Shown one piece after another: positions 19,961 through 38,223 of a DNA stretch of 64,000 bases (the first letter of the stretch is position 1; the number at the start of each line of letters is the position of its first letter). Source of the DNA: the human T2T-CHM13v2.0 reference genome, Homo sapiens; the NCBI RefSeq assembly GCF_009914755.1, contig NC_060946.1; one strand, given 5' to 3'. Position numbers and translations under genes: made by a program. The notes beneath the pieces were generated by a model, which made no database searches, was not told the DNA's origin, and saw only the letters and a program-made list of their open reading frames with translations.

Positions 19961-21849
19961 GTTTTGTTTTAAGTAAGGCATAATTTTCATACAACAAAAT
20001 GCACAGATCTTGTTTCCCATAACAGGAGTTTTGGCTGATGAACTTTCATGAAATCTACATCCCACCCAGGGATAGGACATTTCCGGTGCTCTGGGAAGCT
20101 CCCTCTCACCTTTCCCTGTCATCCCTCTCCACCCGGCACCGGGTTGCTGTCACACCGGAAGAGCAGTGCCTGCCCCTGCCCTTGGTGCCGATGCACCCAC
20201 AGTAAAGACAGAAAGGTTTGCGTGGGCCCAAGCCTGCCTCCCCATTAGGCAGCCCTGCTCAGGGCTGCTCCTCGCACCCGGGGAGGAGGTGCCTGTGCCT
20301 CCAGGAGCAGGGAGAGGGCTGGGTTTGCAGGTGCCCTGCATCCAGCTCCAGCCTCTCCCCAGCCCGCTGTGTTTGCTTTTGGAGGGCTGAGCACAGGATG
20401 TGCCCGTCCTCTGCCTGATGACAGTGGAGTGATGTCAGGCCAGGTGCTTCCCGGAGGGAGGCAGGGCGTGCAGCCTGCTGCCTGGCAGGGGAGGGGGTGG
20501 GCAAGGTTCCCAAAGAGAGAGCTGAGCTACGGGCCGACTATGCATCAGCGATGTTTACAACAGCTTCCCGCCCTCACCAGTTTCGAAGTTTGCGTTTCCA
20601 TTCTGAGAGCCTCATTTTCAGCCCCACTTGCTGCTAAAGGGCAGTTTATCTTCAGAATCAACATTCGGATAGAATCGCGCACCCTCTAACCTGGGAGCAG
20701 AATGTGCTCGGCTTTGACAACTATACAGTTTTTATGAGCAGCAGGTTCCTGAAAAGCTTGTGTTCCCAAGGCCAGGCTGGTGCCACGGGAAGGCCTGTCC
20801 CAGGCTGAGCTCCGTCTCTCCTCCCGTGGATTTACTCAGTAACGTTGCAGGAGTCTGAGCCCCGACAGTGTCGTGGGTTCATTCAACCTTCAGCAAATCA
20901 TTATTCCTGTCAGACGCTTGGGATACAGAGTTGAGCAGGCTGGGAACCAGGGGGCAGACTCAGGGGATGACAGCATCACACATAAATACTCATATCCACC
21001 TAAGTGTGCATTCAGGCTGGGTGGTCAGGGGGTCCCTTAGAGGAAGCCACACCAGAAGGGTGGATGGGATTTAGCCAATGAGAAGAGCTGAGGTGGTGAG
21101 TCTCAGGGGAGCTCGGATGCAGCCTCTGTGGGGAGGTGTGTGAAGGGCCATGCCCTAAACAGCGTCCAGGGCAGTGGGGTGGCCAGCCCCTGACTGAGGG
21201 GGTTAATGGGGGTGGTGATAAGCCCCAGAACCAGAATTGCTTTTCAGGCCTCAGTGGCTCAGATTCCAGAGGCTTTGGTGTCTTTGGCAGAAAGAGACTG
21301 AAGTTTCTATTTCAGTTCTGTCAGTGAAAACCAGCATTTCTCACCCAGGCTTTCATGCTTTGGCTGAGTTCTAGGCTCCTTTTCTCCCAAGACATGGAGC
21401 AGATTCCAGGCTGGTGGCCGTCTCTGTGTGGTGCCTGAGCTGCGTGGCATCGATGGCTGTGAGCTTTGTCCCCACTGGCTCACGAGCTCACAGGGCCACA
21501 CTGCCTTCTCCACACCGTACCCCACAGCATCGCGGTGCCAGTGCCTCCTGGCCTCCAGAGGTGGCTATTGGCTGCCTCATGCCTTCCTCAGAGATCTGGT
21601 TTTTAAAGTAAAGTGAGGGTCAGTAAATGGAGGGAGACAGAAGCAAAGAAAAATGGGTTGGACACAGAAAACAAACTGGCTGTCAGAGCTCTGATCTGAA
21701 TCTCAGGCATCCTTTCCTTTCTTTTAAAAATATGTGATTGTGGTCAAACATACAGAACATAAAAGGTCTACCCATTTTTAAGTGCGTAGTTCAGTGGTGT
21801 TAAATCCATTCTCACTGTGCTGCAGCCACTCCCTAGAACTCTTCATCTT

Positions 21850-23177
<1,328 letters not shown>

Positions 23178-24491
23178 GGCTCAGCTGCCAGGAGCCAGCA
23201 TTTTTCCTCTTCCCATCATTCCCTTTCTGCAGCCAACTCCTGCCCCTCCTCATGTGCATTGTGGGGGCTGTCACAGCCCTGTGGCTTCTGTGGGGCGGGG
23301 GCACAGCGGTGACTGCTGCCCAGGGTAGAGCTTGTGCAGAGGCTGGCTCCCCATGACCTGCCTGCTCCTGAGTAAGTCACTGACTCCCCTGCAGCTCTTA
23401 GCAAGCCAAGGGACAGGGCTGCTTGCTCTGCAGATTGGTGAGGTGAGGGACAACCCCCCAGCCTAGCGGCTCTAGTGCTGTGGGAAGGTGCAGTCTGCGG
23501 CAGAAGGGCCCAGGGACTTGGCCTGTTAAGGGCCACGCCAGGCTGTTTCCTTCATGTCTCACCTGCAGCACCACCACACCTGCCGCTGGTGGAGCCCCTC
23601 CCCCCTCACACCCCCACTTCTGCTCCTTAGCAGGTCTTAGTTCTCATTTTGCATCACAGTGGGCCATGTGGTTTTCCACAAAACAAGAGGGAGAAAGGCA
23701 ATAATACAGTGGCTTTCGATTTGTTTCGATTTGTAGTAGTAAAGTCTTTCTTTAAATAAAATCTTCCCTGGTAATTGTGTCATGGAAGAAATAAGCAAAG
23801 CATCTCTAGTTGAGGCAGCCAGGGTGCCTCCCCGTGCTGGGGCGCCCCCACTCCCAAAGCCCGTATGCCCAGAGGCCCCTCCACTGACCCAGGAATTTGT
23901 AAACCCTCGCCTTGGTGTTCAGCAGGAAGCTCACACAGGGGCAGCAACAAGCCCCACCGCCACCCCAATCCCCCCACTACGCCTACATTGAGGCTGCCCT
24001 CGAGGTGAGTTCATGCATACAGAAGTCCAAATTTAGACCACACGTTGGGGGTGATACTGCCTGAGGTATGAAGATAGGATTTGTCTGATAGGCAGATGTA
24101 AAGGCTGGAAATTACCTGCATGCTAAAAAGCAAAACAGAGATTCCAGGTTCCCATGGTGGAGGGAAGCACAGAATCTAGTAAGACAAACCTCCCAGAAAC
24201 TCACCGCAGCAACCAAGTTGAAGAGAGGAACAACCACAGGCCTCGAACTTCAGGAGCCCATGGTCAGGGAGAAACAGAAGATTCGGGTGCAGCAGGGCAT
24301 GGCTCCCAACAGAGGCGTGAGGATGATGTGAGGCTGGGGTCTTAGGGGCTCCAGCTCCCCTGCTAATTTGGAGAGATGGGGGCTAGAGGCAGCCCTAGGA
24401 AAGGATGGGAAGGAGCTGCAGCCCCCCAGCACTACGAGTCTCGGTCCTGGGTGGCTGGCGAGCCCTGGGGCACTGTGCTGAGGGCACCGTG

Positions 24492-24561
24492 GGCCTACAC
24501 TCGTGGCCAAGCGGCGGCCCCTGGGTGGCCTACACTCGTGGCCAAGCGGCGGCCCCTGGGT
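24492..24561. repeat. Perfect 35-bp tandem duplication
   Basis: GGCCTACACTCGTGGCCAAGCGGCGGCCCCTGGGT twice with no mismatch. Confidence 0.97.
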
Positions 24562-25144
24562 GCTCCTCTCTGCTGCCATCACCGCCTTCTGCCTGGCTTT
24601 GTGTCCTCTCCCATCCCCTGCTGGGCTCCATCCTGCACAGGCCCTTCCCATGACCCACTCCCCTTCAACCCATGTCTGCTGCTGACCCCCCAGCCTAGCC
24701 TGGGGTCCCATCCTTCCTGCTGGCCCTTCTGCCTCCCGTTGCCTCCTCAGCCCACCCTGGTTTCCCAGGCCTGCGACCGGCTTCGGACTCAGCGAGGCTC
24801 ACATTCAGGAGTAAAGCTGAGGACCTGCACTCAGAGCTGGGCATTTTAAAAATCATCTTTATGAAGTTGATCAGACCAAAAAAAAAAAAAAAAAGACAAA
24901 GAACTTGCTTGCATCACAAACATCCTAGTGTCCACCATCCCTCTTCAGAAATGAGATCTGACAATGCACTCCACATCCCAGAGGCCCCCGAGGTGAGAGT
25001 GGCAGTCCTGAATTTGGTGTTAACATTCTTTGCGTGGGTTTGTACTTCTAATGCCTAGGCTTATTCCTCCAAGTGATACAGATCACACTCTGCAGTAGCA
25101 CAGGAGATATAGAGACCTATTACCTTTATGCATGGATAGATGTA

Positions 25145-25842
25145 GCTATCTCTCCATCTGTCTCCCTGCCCATGTATGTGTGCATTTCTCTATCCATTCA
25201 TATATGTATGTATGTATCTATTCCGGTACATATACACCTGTCTATCCATCTAGCCATGTATATATGTATGTGCCTAGCCATCCATCCATGTACATATGTA
25301 CCTATCTATCCACCTATCCATTCATGTATGTACCTATTCATCCCCCTGTCTATTCATATGTGTGTGTACCTATCTATCTACCTATCCATCCATGTATGTA
25401 TGTACCTATCTATCCACCTATCCATTTATGTATGTATGTACCTATCTATCCACCTATCTATTCATATGTGTATGTACCTATCCATCCACCTGTCTATTCG
25501 TGTGTGTATGTACCTATCCATCCACCTGTCTATTCGTGTATGTACCTATCCATCCACCTGTCTATTCGTGTGTGTATGTACCTATCCATCCACCTGTCTA
25601 TTCGTGTATGTACCTATCCATCCACCTGTCTATTCGTGTAAGATTGTACCTATCCATCCACCTGTCTATTCGTGTATGTATGTACCTATCCATCCACCTG
25701 TCTATTCGTGTATGTATGTACCTATCCATCCACCTGTCTATTCGTGTATGTATGTATCTATCCATCCACCTGTCTATTCGTGTATGTATGTACCTATCTA
25801 TCCATCCACCTGTCTATTCGTGTATGCACGTACCTATCCATC
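25145..25842. repeat. Minisatellite built from tetranucleotides (36/32-bp unit TATGTATGTACCTATCCATCCACCTGTCTATTCGTG)
   Basis: About 10 near-perfect units at 25466-25842, with degenerate units upstream. Confidence 0.95.
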
Positions 25843-26229
25843 TGTCGTTCTCTTTCTTCTGCAGCTCCTTTCCTCACCTGCAGTGTGTGAGCCTGCCACG
25901 CTAACTGTGACATGTGTCACTCCAGTTCATTCATGAATAGTTGCAGGGTTGCTGGGGCACACAGAGTACCAGGGGAATGCCAGTCCTGGCTGGGCCACAG
26001 TGTCCATCCTACTGATGGAGTGTCAGCGGGGTGGGGGTGGGACTCCAGTTTTCTGCAAGTCTAGCACGGCTACTGAACAGTCTCATGCAGGCGCAAGGGG
26101 TTCCAGGGCAGGTACTGAGACACGGGCTTGCCAGGTCCCACGGCATGGCTGTCCTTGGCCTCCTGACACCGCCACAGCTCTGGCCAAGGCTGCTCTGCAT
26201 CACCCCCCACCACAGGCGTGGGAGCCGTC

Positions 26230-26883
26230 TTTCTGGTTTCTGTGGTCCGTTCTGTTTCCAGTTTGTGAATTGCCAGTTCCTGTTTTCCCCCTTTTCAATG
26301 GGTTCTTGGCCTTTTCTTAATTAAGTTATTAGATTCTATGAATATTCTGGATTCTAATGCTTAGTTGGCTCTATCCTCTGCAAAGCTTTTCTCCCAGTCT
26401 GTGGCTTAAAGTCTTTTCACTCCTTTATTTTGTCTTTTAATATATAGAACGTTTACAGTGGAATGTAGACTAATCCAGCAATCTGCTCTGTGCTTTCAGT
26501 GTTTTAATCAAGAAGTTATATTTCATACCAAAGTCATAAAGCCTTCTGCATTTTCTTCTGAAAGTTGTAAGGTTTTATCTTGAGGTCTTTGGAGTAAGGT
26601 GTGACATAGAGATTCAGTTCTGTTTTCTTTTTCCACATGGACATGAATCGAGTCCCTTCTCCCTCCTACAGGCTGTAATGCCACGTGGCCATCTGTTACG
26701 TGGCCACAGTTTCTTGAGTCTGGTCCTAGACTCTTCTCCGTCCTGGGACTGCTCATCTGTCCTGAGCCGGCACAGCCTTTGGGTATTTCAGCTTTGCGAT
26801 CCATCTTTATGCCCCACGTTGCCCTTCAGAACACATCTGACTGTTCTCGGCTCTTGGCTTTCCCATCACATGTTTTAGAATCA
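26230..26883 (-). mobile_element. Ancient L1ME ORF2/3' fragment
   Basis: aatattctggattctaat...ttctcccagtctgtggctt...ttttcttctgaaagttgtaaggtttta. Confidence 0.65.
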
Positions 26884-27362
<479 letters not shown>

Positions 27363-28677
27363 TTACAGTCATTTGTGTTAGTGAGCCTGAATGCTACTGA
27401 ATTCTGAATATTGCTCTTGGCTCCCACACCCTTCAGAGCTTTCTCTCTGACACTCACTGGGTCATGGTCTGCCACGTGACTCCACCTGCCTCTCTCTTTC
27501 CGGCTCCCACAGCCTTCAGCTTTCTGACATTTTACATGGTCCAGGGGCATCCTTGCCATGTTGAAAATAGAGGTGATGGCAGGCATGATACAGCAGAAAT
27601 GTTAATACAAGAAGAGAGAACTTATTAGCTATGCATGACTCTGTGCTCCAACACTTGAACATTTCATTAAAATAGACAATTTCCTAGGAAAAATTAAATG
27701 TTCAAAACCTGGATCTAAAAAAAAAGTAACCTTTCTATTGCCTCTTTGGGTGTTTTTTATAATTATTTTCAGCATATTGGCCCCTTCTTAAGGGGAAATC
27801 ATGTAGAGTAGAAAAAAAAAAAGCGCACCGGGTCACTGTGATGCCTCCCCAGTTACCACCCGAGTGGCTCCAGCAGACACTCTGGAGACCAGAGCCCGGC
27901 CACCAGAGCACCACAGGGGACCGCCACCTGTCAGGGCTTTAAAAATACTGCGTTCCTTTCTCTGTTTCCTTCTACTCTACTTTCACTCTTTTTGAAAGTG
28001 AGGTTGGCCTTTTTACCCAAAAACTCTCAAAGTCCTCCCACACACTGTCGTTGGCCACTGTCATTTAGCAGGAGGGAGTGTGTCCAGCCTGGGAAGTGAG
28101 CGACTGCAACTCTGTGTTTGCCTAAACACAGTTTCTTGTTGCCGATGCCTGCTCTCTTCTCTTATTTACTCTGTGTACCGAGGGAGGTGGGCAGGCGGTG
28201 TGAGTAACCTCTCTGCTCCCGTCGAAGCTGCAGCCCCGTCCTTGTGTGTGTTCACAGACAACATTGGCAGTACCATCATGATGACTGGTGCCACGTCCTG
28301 AACAATCGGCCCACGGCTGTCGGGATGCACCTGGGCTTGGGAACTGGTGTCTTGGATGTGGGACACTTCCCAGATCACAACGAGAGCTTCCATGGAGAGG
28401 GAGTCCTTCCCAGACTGTCAGATGGCCACCTCAGAGACAGTAGTCTTTGGGATGAATACTTTTGTCAATTTTGTCTGCATTCCTGAAGGAATAGGACATC
28501 ATTTTGAAGAACTTGGGAGTATTATTTTACCTAAAGCTAGGAAAACAGGAAGGAACTGTGTTGTTATTTTAGATACTGTTCAGATACGATATGAGCATTG
28601 AAATGAATAGGGTCATCAGTCGCTGTGGTTTGATTTTATTGTGGTAAAAACACATATTATACAATTTACCATCTTGA

Positions 28678-28987
<310 letters not shown>

Positions 28988-29065
28988 TTTCACTTATTTT
29001 TAGATTGGATTATTTGATTTTGTTGTTGTTGAGTTTTAAAAGTTTTTGTTGTTGTTGTGTGTTGT

Positions 29066-30099
<1,034 letters not shown>

Positions 30100-30833
30100 T
30101 GACTGAGTCCTCTGATGAGCAGAAGTGTTAAGGTTTGATGTAGTCCCTGCGGTCTGGCTTTTGTTAAAAACGTGTTGGCAGGGGGAGGGAGGGGGTCAGA
30201 ACCCTGCAGGAGGTTCTATTACTTCTGGTGATGCATTGCTGAGCTGGGGCGTTCTGTGATCAAATTTCACTGGCTTTTCTTGATTTCTTTCCAGCCTGAA
30301 ACTCAGGTGTGGAGTTTATGAAAGTTCTTCATGCAAAAGTGAGTGTTGTCCCTGAGATTGCTAAAGCCGATGCCCTCACCTGAAGGAAAGGGAGCATAGC
30401 GTAGGAACGCTGGTTCCTGGATGTCTTTCTTTGGGGCCTATGTCATGGGGGGCAGAGTCAGGTTCTAATGTTGATTCTAAAAGAGAAGACCCCATTTGAG
30501 AGAGTAAGCATTGCTGGTTTGCTAAAAGTAAGAAAAGTTTCTACTCGTTAGAGAGACTGTCTCCTGCGGTTGCCTGGCCGCCCTTTGCACAGCCCGCGAA
30601 GGGCACGTGGGAATCCTGCTCCATTCCAGGTCCCGGGCCAGTAGCTCCAGGCCGCGCCAGGGTCGGTGCAGAGCGGCATTTCCCGCCCCCACACACCTTG
30701 ACAGGCCAGGTAACAAGAGAGGCCTTTCTAGAAAGTCCCTGGAAAAGGCTCTTTCCTCCCAAACCGGCAGATTATGCTTTGTATGTCTGTTGTGGCAAGA
30801 ACCTTTTCTTGTTTTCTTTCTCAAAGTGACAAA

Positions 30834-31452
<619 letters not shown>

Positions 31453-32691
31453 AAATAGTGCTTTTTCTTCTCTCTAACATTGAAATATAGAAAGTATGAA
31501 AAAGCCACTCATGGTCAAGCGGCATGTCCCTGCAGAGCTGTCAGCCACACTGCCTCCCAGAATCCAGGTTGGGGGTTTCCGATGCTGTCTGTTCCATGTG
31601 ACCTCACAGCCTCCTGAACCAACTGATGGCCCCAAATGTTTATCCCCATTCCAGATGGCACCTGGTGGTACCTGAAAGTGACCTCTGGGCTGCGAGGTGC
31701 GTGGTAATGTCCCTGTGGCCCATCTCTAGATCGTGAAGAGGGTGATGTGAATCATAGCACACTCCAGGACATCACAGGGCCCCAGCACAATTGTGTATGC
31801 TGTGACTCCGTCACCCAACTACTTCGAGTCTTCAAAGACATTGAATTGCCATTGTTCTAATACTTATTTGCCTTTGGTTCCCACTCCTTCCTCCCCGTGG
31901 TGGGAAGAAAGTTGGGGAATGTGCACCCAGAAGATGTCGGGGCTGGATCAAGCCCCTTTTCAGTCACTGTCATTCATAGTTGAGATGTGAACTCTGCAAA
32001 GGCAGTGAGTACAGAACATTCTTGTTTCCAGTGCGAATCCACTGTGACCAGGAAGCTGTGCCTAGGTCTCTGACTCCAGCCACCCATACCTCCTCTCCCT
32101 GTACCCAGAGCCCTGGATGAAAGCATGAGTCTGGGATGCTGGGAAGAGGGCAGACAATGACAGCTCCCAGGCGCTGTGGACCAGGCAGGCTCTGTGTTGG
32201 GCTTTCCTGGCAGACGATGCTGTAGTTAGTTAATCCTCTCGAGGACATGTGAGATGAGGGTATCATTACCTTAGAGATGGAGGATCTGAGCCTCCAGCAG
32301 ATAAGCAGCTGCCCCGCTGCAGAGAACTGAAAATGAAGCTAAGCTTGTTGGCTTTTCCCCACCAGCTGCCTCCCACTTCCTCCACCTGCTCTGTCTCTGC
32401 AGAAAACATCAAGAATGCAAATCCAGCCCCTTGGCCAGCTCATTTGCACACACACTCACCTCAGGGGTCTCTGGGGGTGTCTTGGATGCAGACCTCCATC
32501 CCTCACACCCTCACACCTGTCCGTCCAAGGGTCAGGCCATGCTGGAGTGCCTGGGCTGGCCTGATGGAGATGCTGCACCAGCTGAGTCATGGCGGGAAAA
32601 CAGCCGGGAATCACCCAATATCTATTCCTTCCTTCCTTTCCATTTTCTTTTACAACAGCAAAATGATGCCAAGATTTTTCTGTGCTTCCCC

Positions 32692-33702
<1,011 letters not shown>

Positions 33703-33859
33703 GCTGCCTGTTCCCCACGTCCCTCTCCCAGCAGAAGCGCATGGGCTGCTCTTGAGCCCCAGCTGCAGTCCATCACTGTCAGTGCTAATGCGAAGCTCCC
33801 CTAAGACTGACTTGACAATATTGGCGAGTGGGCTTGACCCACCAGCCTGCATCCGGTGC

Positions 33860-34340
33860 CGGTGAATGGGCACTTACGTTCCTTATTGAAACGCTACTTG
33901 TGGCCCTCTGCTTCCCGGAGCTCCTGGCAACAGCCCAACTTTATGTTCCAAATAGGAAAAGGCTGCTTGATTTAAAGACTCGGACTTCATTAGGCGTTAC
34001 CTTGATTTATGGAAAAATAATACTGAATGGTTGCATAACAATGGCCCACTGCTCACCTACGTGTGGCCTGGGGTTAATAAAACCGGCACATTTGTCTCTC
34101 CCACGATGACGTCAACGTGTACCAGCCCTTCTCTTCCACATGGGAAACGTGTTATGTTGTTCCAATTGTACATTCACTTGGTGAAGGGTTGTGTTAAGTG
34201 ATTCCAAAAATTGACTGTGTATATTTTCTCTAGGGAAGTTATTGTATATTATTTTAGCTGGGAACATCTCTCGCACACAATTACTAATCAGAAGTGAAAA
34301 TCAGGATTTGTCCCCGGCCCACCTGGCGGATCTGATGCAG
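33860..34340. promoter_or_regulatory. Candidate enhancer (unique, CpG-retaining, motif-dense)
   Basis: TGATTTATGG 34003-12; TTGCATAACAATG 34031-43; TACGTG 34058-63; TGACGTCA 34107-14. Confidence 0.45.
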
Positions 34341-35761
34341 CGCCAGGGCAGCCCGTGAAGACGGGCGCTCTTCCTCCGTGACTCTGGGCCAGGCAGAAGG
34401 AGCCTTGGAGAGGCTGCAGGAGGAAGCCCGGCTTGAGGCCATTCCTGTTTTGTCTTGCTGGAATTCAAAGATATTTGTTAATCCTTTCCCCCCACTTGAG
34501 TTGAGAAGGCCTGGAATGAGGTTTCACAAGCTGTGCCCTGTAGAGCTCCTGGGGAAACTGGCTCGAAAGAATGACTTCTCGAGAGGGGAACTAATATTTG
34601 CTTATTTTCCCCCCACTAACTTCCCAAGGGAAGGCTAATCTTTAGAAACACAGAAACTTTGGAGGCCAATAAAATTGAGAGCAAGAGAAGCGAGATTGTT
34701 TCATTGTTGCCACCATGAAGGAGAGTTTGTTTTTACTGGATTTCTTTTTCCCTTCAGGAAGGCTCTGGTAAGAGTCCTGATAGATTATTCTCGCACCCCT
34801 GGTTCTGGCTTTCCCCCCATTGTTTCAATTGCCCTTTTAATCACCACGATCTCAGTCAAGGTCAAGGCTGCTGTTTCATGTACCCGTGCCCCGCCTGCCC
34901 TCCTCTGCCGCGGATTCCCATGGGGATGTGTGTGGCTGCATGACCACCCTTCCGTGTCACCAATCACACCGAGCAGCCCTGAAGCCAGCGTGGGGTGTCG
35001 GCAGGGTGGTGGCACTCGGCATTTCCCAGCCTCTTCTTGGATGCCTGGGGTCCTCTCTGCAGGGTTTGGTGAGGCCCTGCTGGGGTGAGAGCCCTTGGCA
35101 GCCCCAACTGTGTCTGATCACAGGCGAAGCATTTATGAGGCAGCTGGGTCCCATAACAGAAACAGGGAAACCAGAGGCAGAAGTGACATTACGAAGTGGC
35201 TTACGGCGCTGCTAAGTCAGGGTTGGGGTAGCAAAGCGTCATATAGGGAACTGAAATGCTTTTCAGCGCACAATAGCAGTGAACTGGATGGGAATCTTCG
35301 GGCCGAGAGAAGTCCAGGCAGAGGCGTTAAAAAGTTTAGGCAAGGAAAAGGAGTGAAGGGCTGGACCTGGTGGGGTGGGGTCCCATTCCCAGGAGAGTCG
35401 GCCCTGCCCCAGCAGCTTCCAGCTGGAGCCTTCAAGGACCTGGAGGGGGCAGGACCAACCCCTCCACCCTCCCTGCCCTTCACCCTCAAGTTCACCTGCA
35501 GGGCTGTCTTCTTGCTTACTAAGGCCTGGGAGAGTTTAATTCCAAAGCAGAGGATGATGACTGGAGAAACGGATGCCTGGTTGAGTCACTTCTGGGGGCT
35601 CAGCATTGGAATCCCTCTGTAACCTCCCAGAAGCAGAAGTGGTGGCGTCCAAGGCTGCCCAGGCCCCTCCAGTGATGAGGAGCCCAGACCCTACAACACG
35701 CCTTTGCCCCCTGCACACCCTTCCTGCTGACAGCCCCATCCCATGCTCCTCCCCATCTGAC

Positions 35762-35763
<2 letters not shown>

Positions 35764-35804
<41 letters not shown>
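35764..35804. repeat. (TG)n microsatellite, about 19-20 units
   Basis: Direct reading. Confidence 0.97.
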
Positions 35805-35805
<1 letters not shown>

Positions 35806-36369
35806 CCCCCACCCCCGCAGACCTCCCGAGACAGCTCTGGCAGCCCCACCTGCCAGGGGTCAAGTGCAATTCCTCTGGAAGTAGCATCTTTCACATGGAA
35901 ACGTTCCTTTATTTTCAGTAGTTATGGTCGTCAGCGAGCCCTCTTAAAGGAGTCAGGTGTCCTGCTTTTGTTAAAATGACGTTGTCTCCTAACTCTTAGA
36001 GAAGAGGAAAAATGTCTCTGCCCAGCTGGCATGCTGGGGCACAGACCACTGAAGCCAAGGCTTTGGACTCGGGGGTTCTGGAGGCTGGAGGAAGGGAGAA
36101 GGGGATGCAGCGCAGCGTGTTGTGTGTGCATAGTGCTCCAGGGACTCCAGAGGAGAAAGGAGTCCCTGGGGAAGAGACATGGGTCTGCCTCTTATCCTAA
36201 GTGCTTTCTGGTGCTCCAGGGAGAAGTGTTTCTTGTCTGAGATGTGGCAGACATTTAGAATCATTGCTCAGAACTGTCTCATCTTAAACCTTTTAACCAG
36301 AAAGTACAGAACCATTGCTCCAGGGGAAATACAAGCTTGTGAGAGCTTCTGTTTGCAACATTTCATTCA

Positions 36370-36992
36370 CTAATCCATACATAACCTTGTTGTGTGTCTG
36401 TTTCTGTTGAAAGACACTTTAATATATATTATTGCTTCTTTAATGTATTCACCACCAGCAACACCATAACTCTTGCCTGAACGCAGCTCATCTAACACAC
36501 ATATTTTCCGCATACAGTTCATTGCAGCCTTTTTTTTTTTTGAGATGGAGTCTCGCTTTGTTGCCAAGCTGGAGTGTAGTGGCGGGTTCAAGCGGTTCTC
36601 CTGCCTCAGCCTCCCGAGCAGCTGGGATGACAGGTGCCTGCCACCACGCCCGGCTAATTTTTGTATTTTTAGGAGAGACAGGGTTTCACCATGTCGGCCA
36701 GGATGGTCTCAAACTCTTAACCTCATGATCCACCCGCCTCAGCCTCCCAAAGTGCTGGGATTACAGGCGTAAGCCACCACACTCGGCCTTTTTTTTTTTT
36801 TTTTAAGAGATGGGGATCTTGTTCTGTCACTCAGGTTGGAGGGCAGTGGCATGATCACAGGTCACTGCAGCCTTGACCTCCTGGGCTCAAGTGATTGCCC
36901 ACCTCAGCCTCCCAAGTAGCTGGGACCACAGGCACACGCCACCACATCCGGCTCATCACAGCCTGTTTGTGCTTAGGAACACTAGACAGCCC
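36370..36992 (-). mobile_element. MER44/Tigger7-type fragment with nested AluS (36530-36788) and an Alu right arm (36789-36953)
   Basis: Reverse complement of ctgtctagtgttcctaagc...ggctgtgatg...gtgtgttagatgagc..cgttcaggca.gagttat...aaacagaaacagacacacaacaaggttatgtat. Confidence 0.8.
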
Positions 36993-37028
36993 TCAAGGTC
37001 TTTACCTATAAAGTAGAGATGTCAGAGA

Positions 37029-38223
<1,195 letters not shown>

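Noticed and set aside
25073-25936. 287-aa ORF and overlapping 169/202-aa ORFs
   Set aside because: These are translations of a stop-poor tandem repeat; all three frames are open and there is no gene context.
28244-28486. 80-aa His/Asp/Trp-rich ORF after an acceptor-like site
   Set aside because: No recognisable family and no supporting exon chain; kept only as a weak lncRNA hint.
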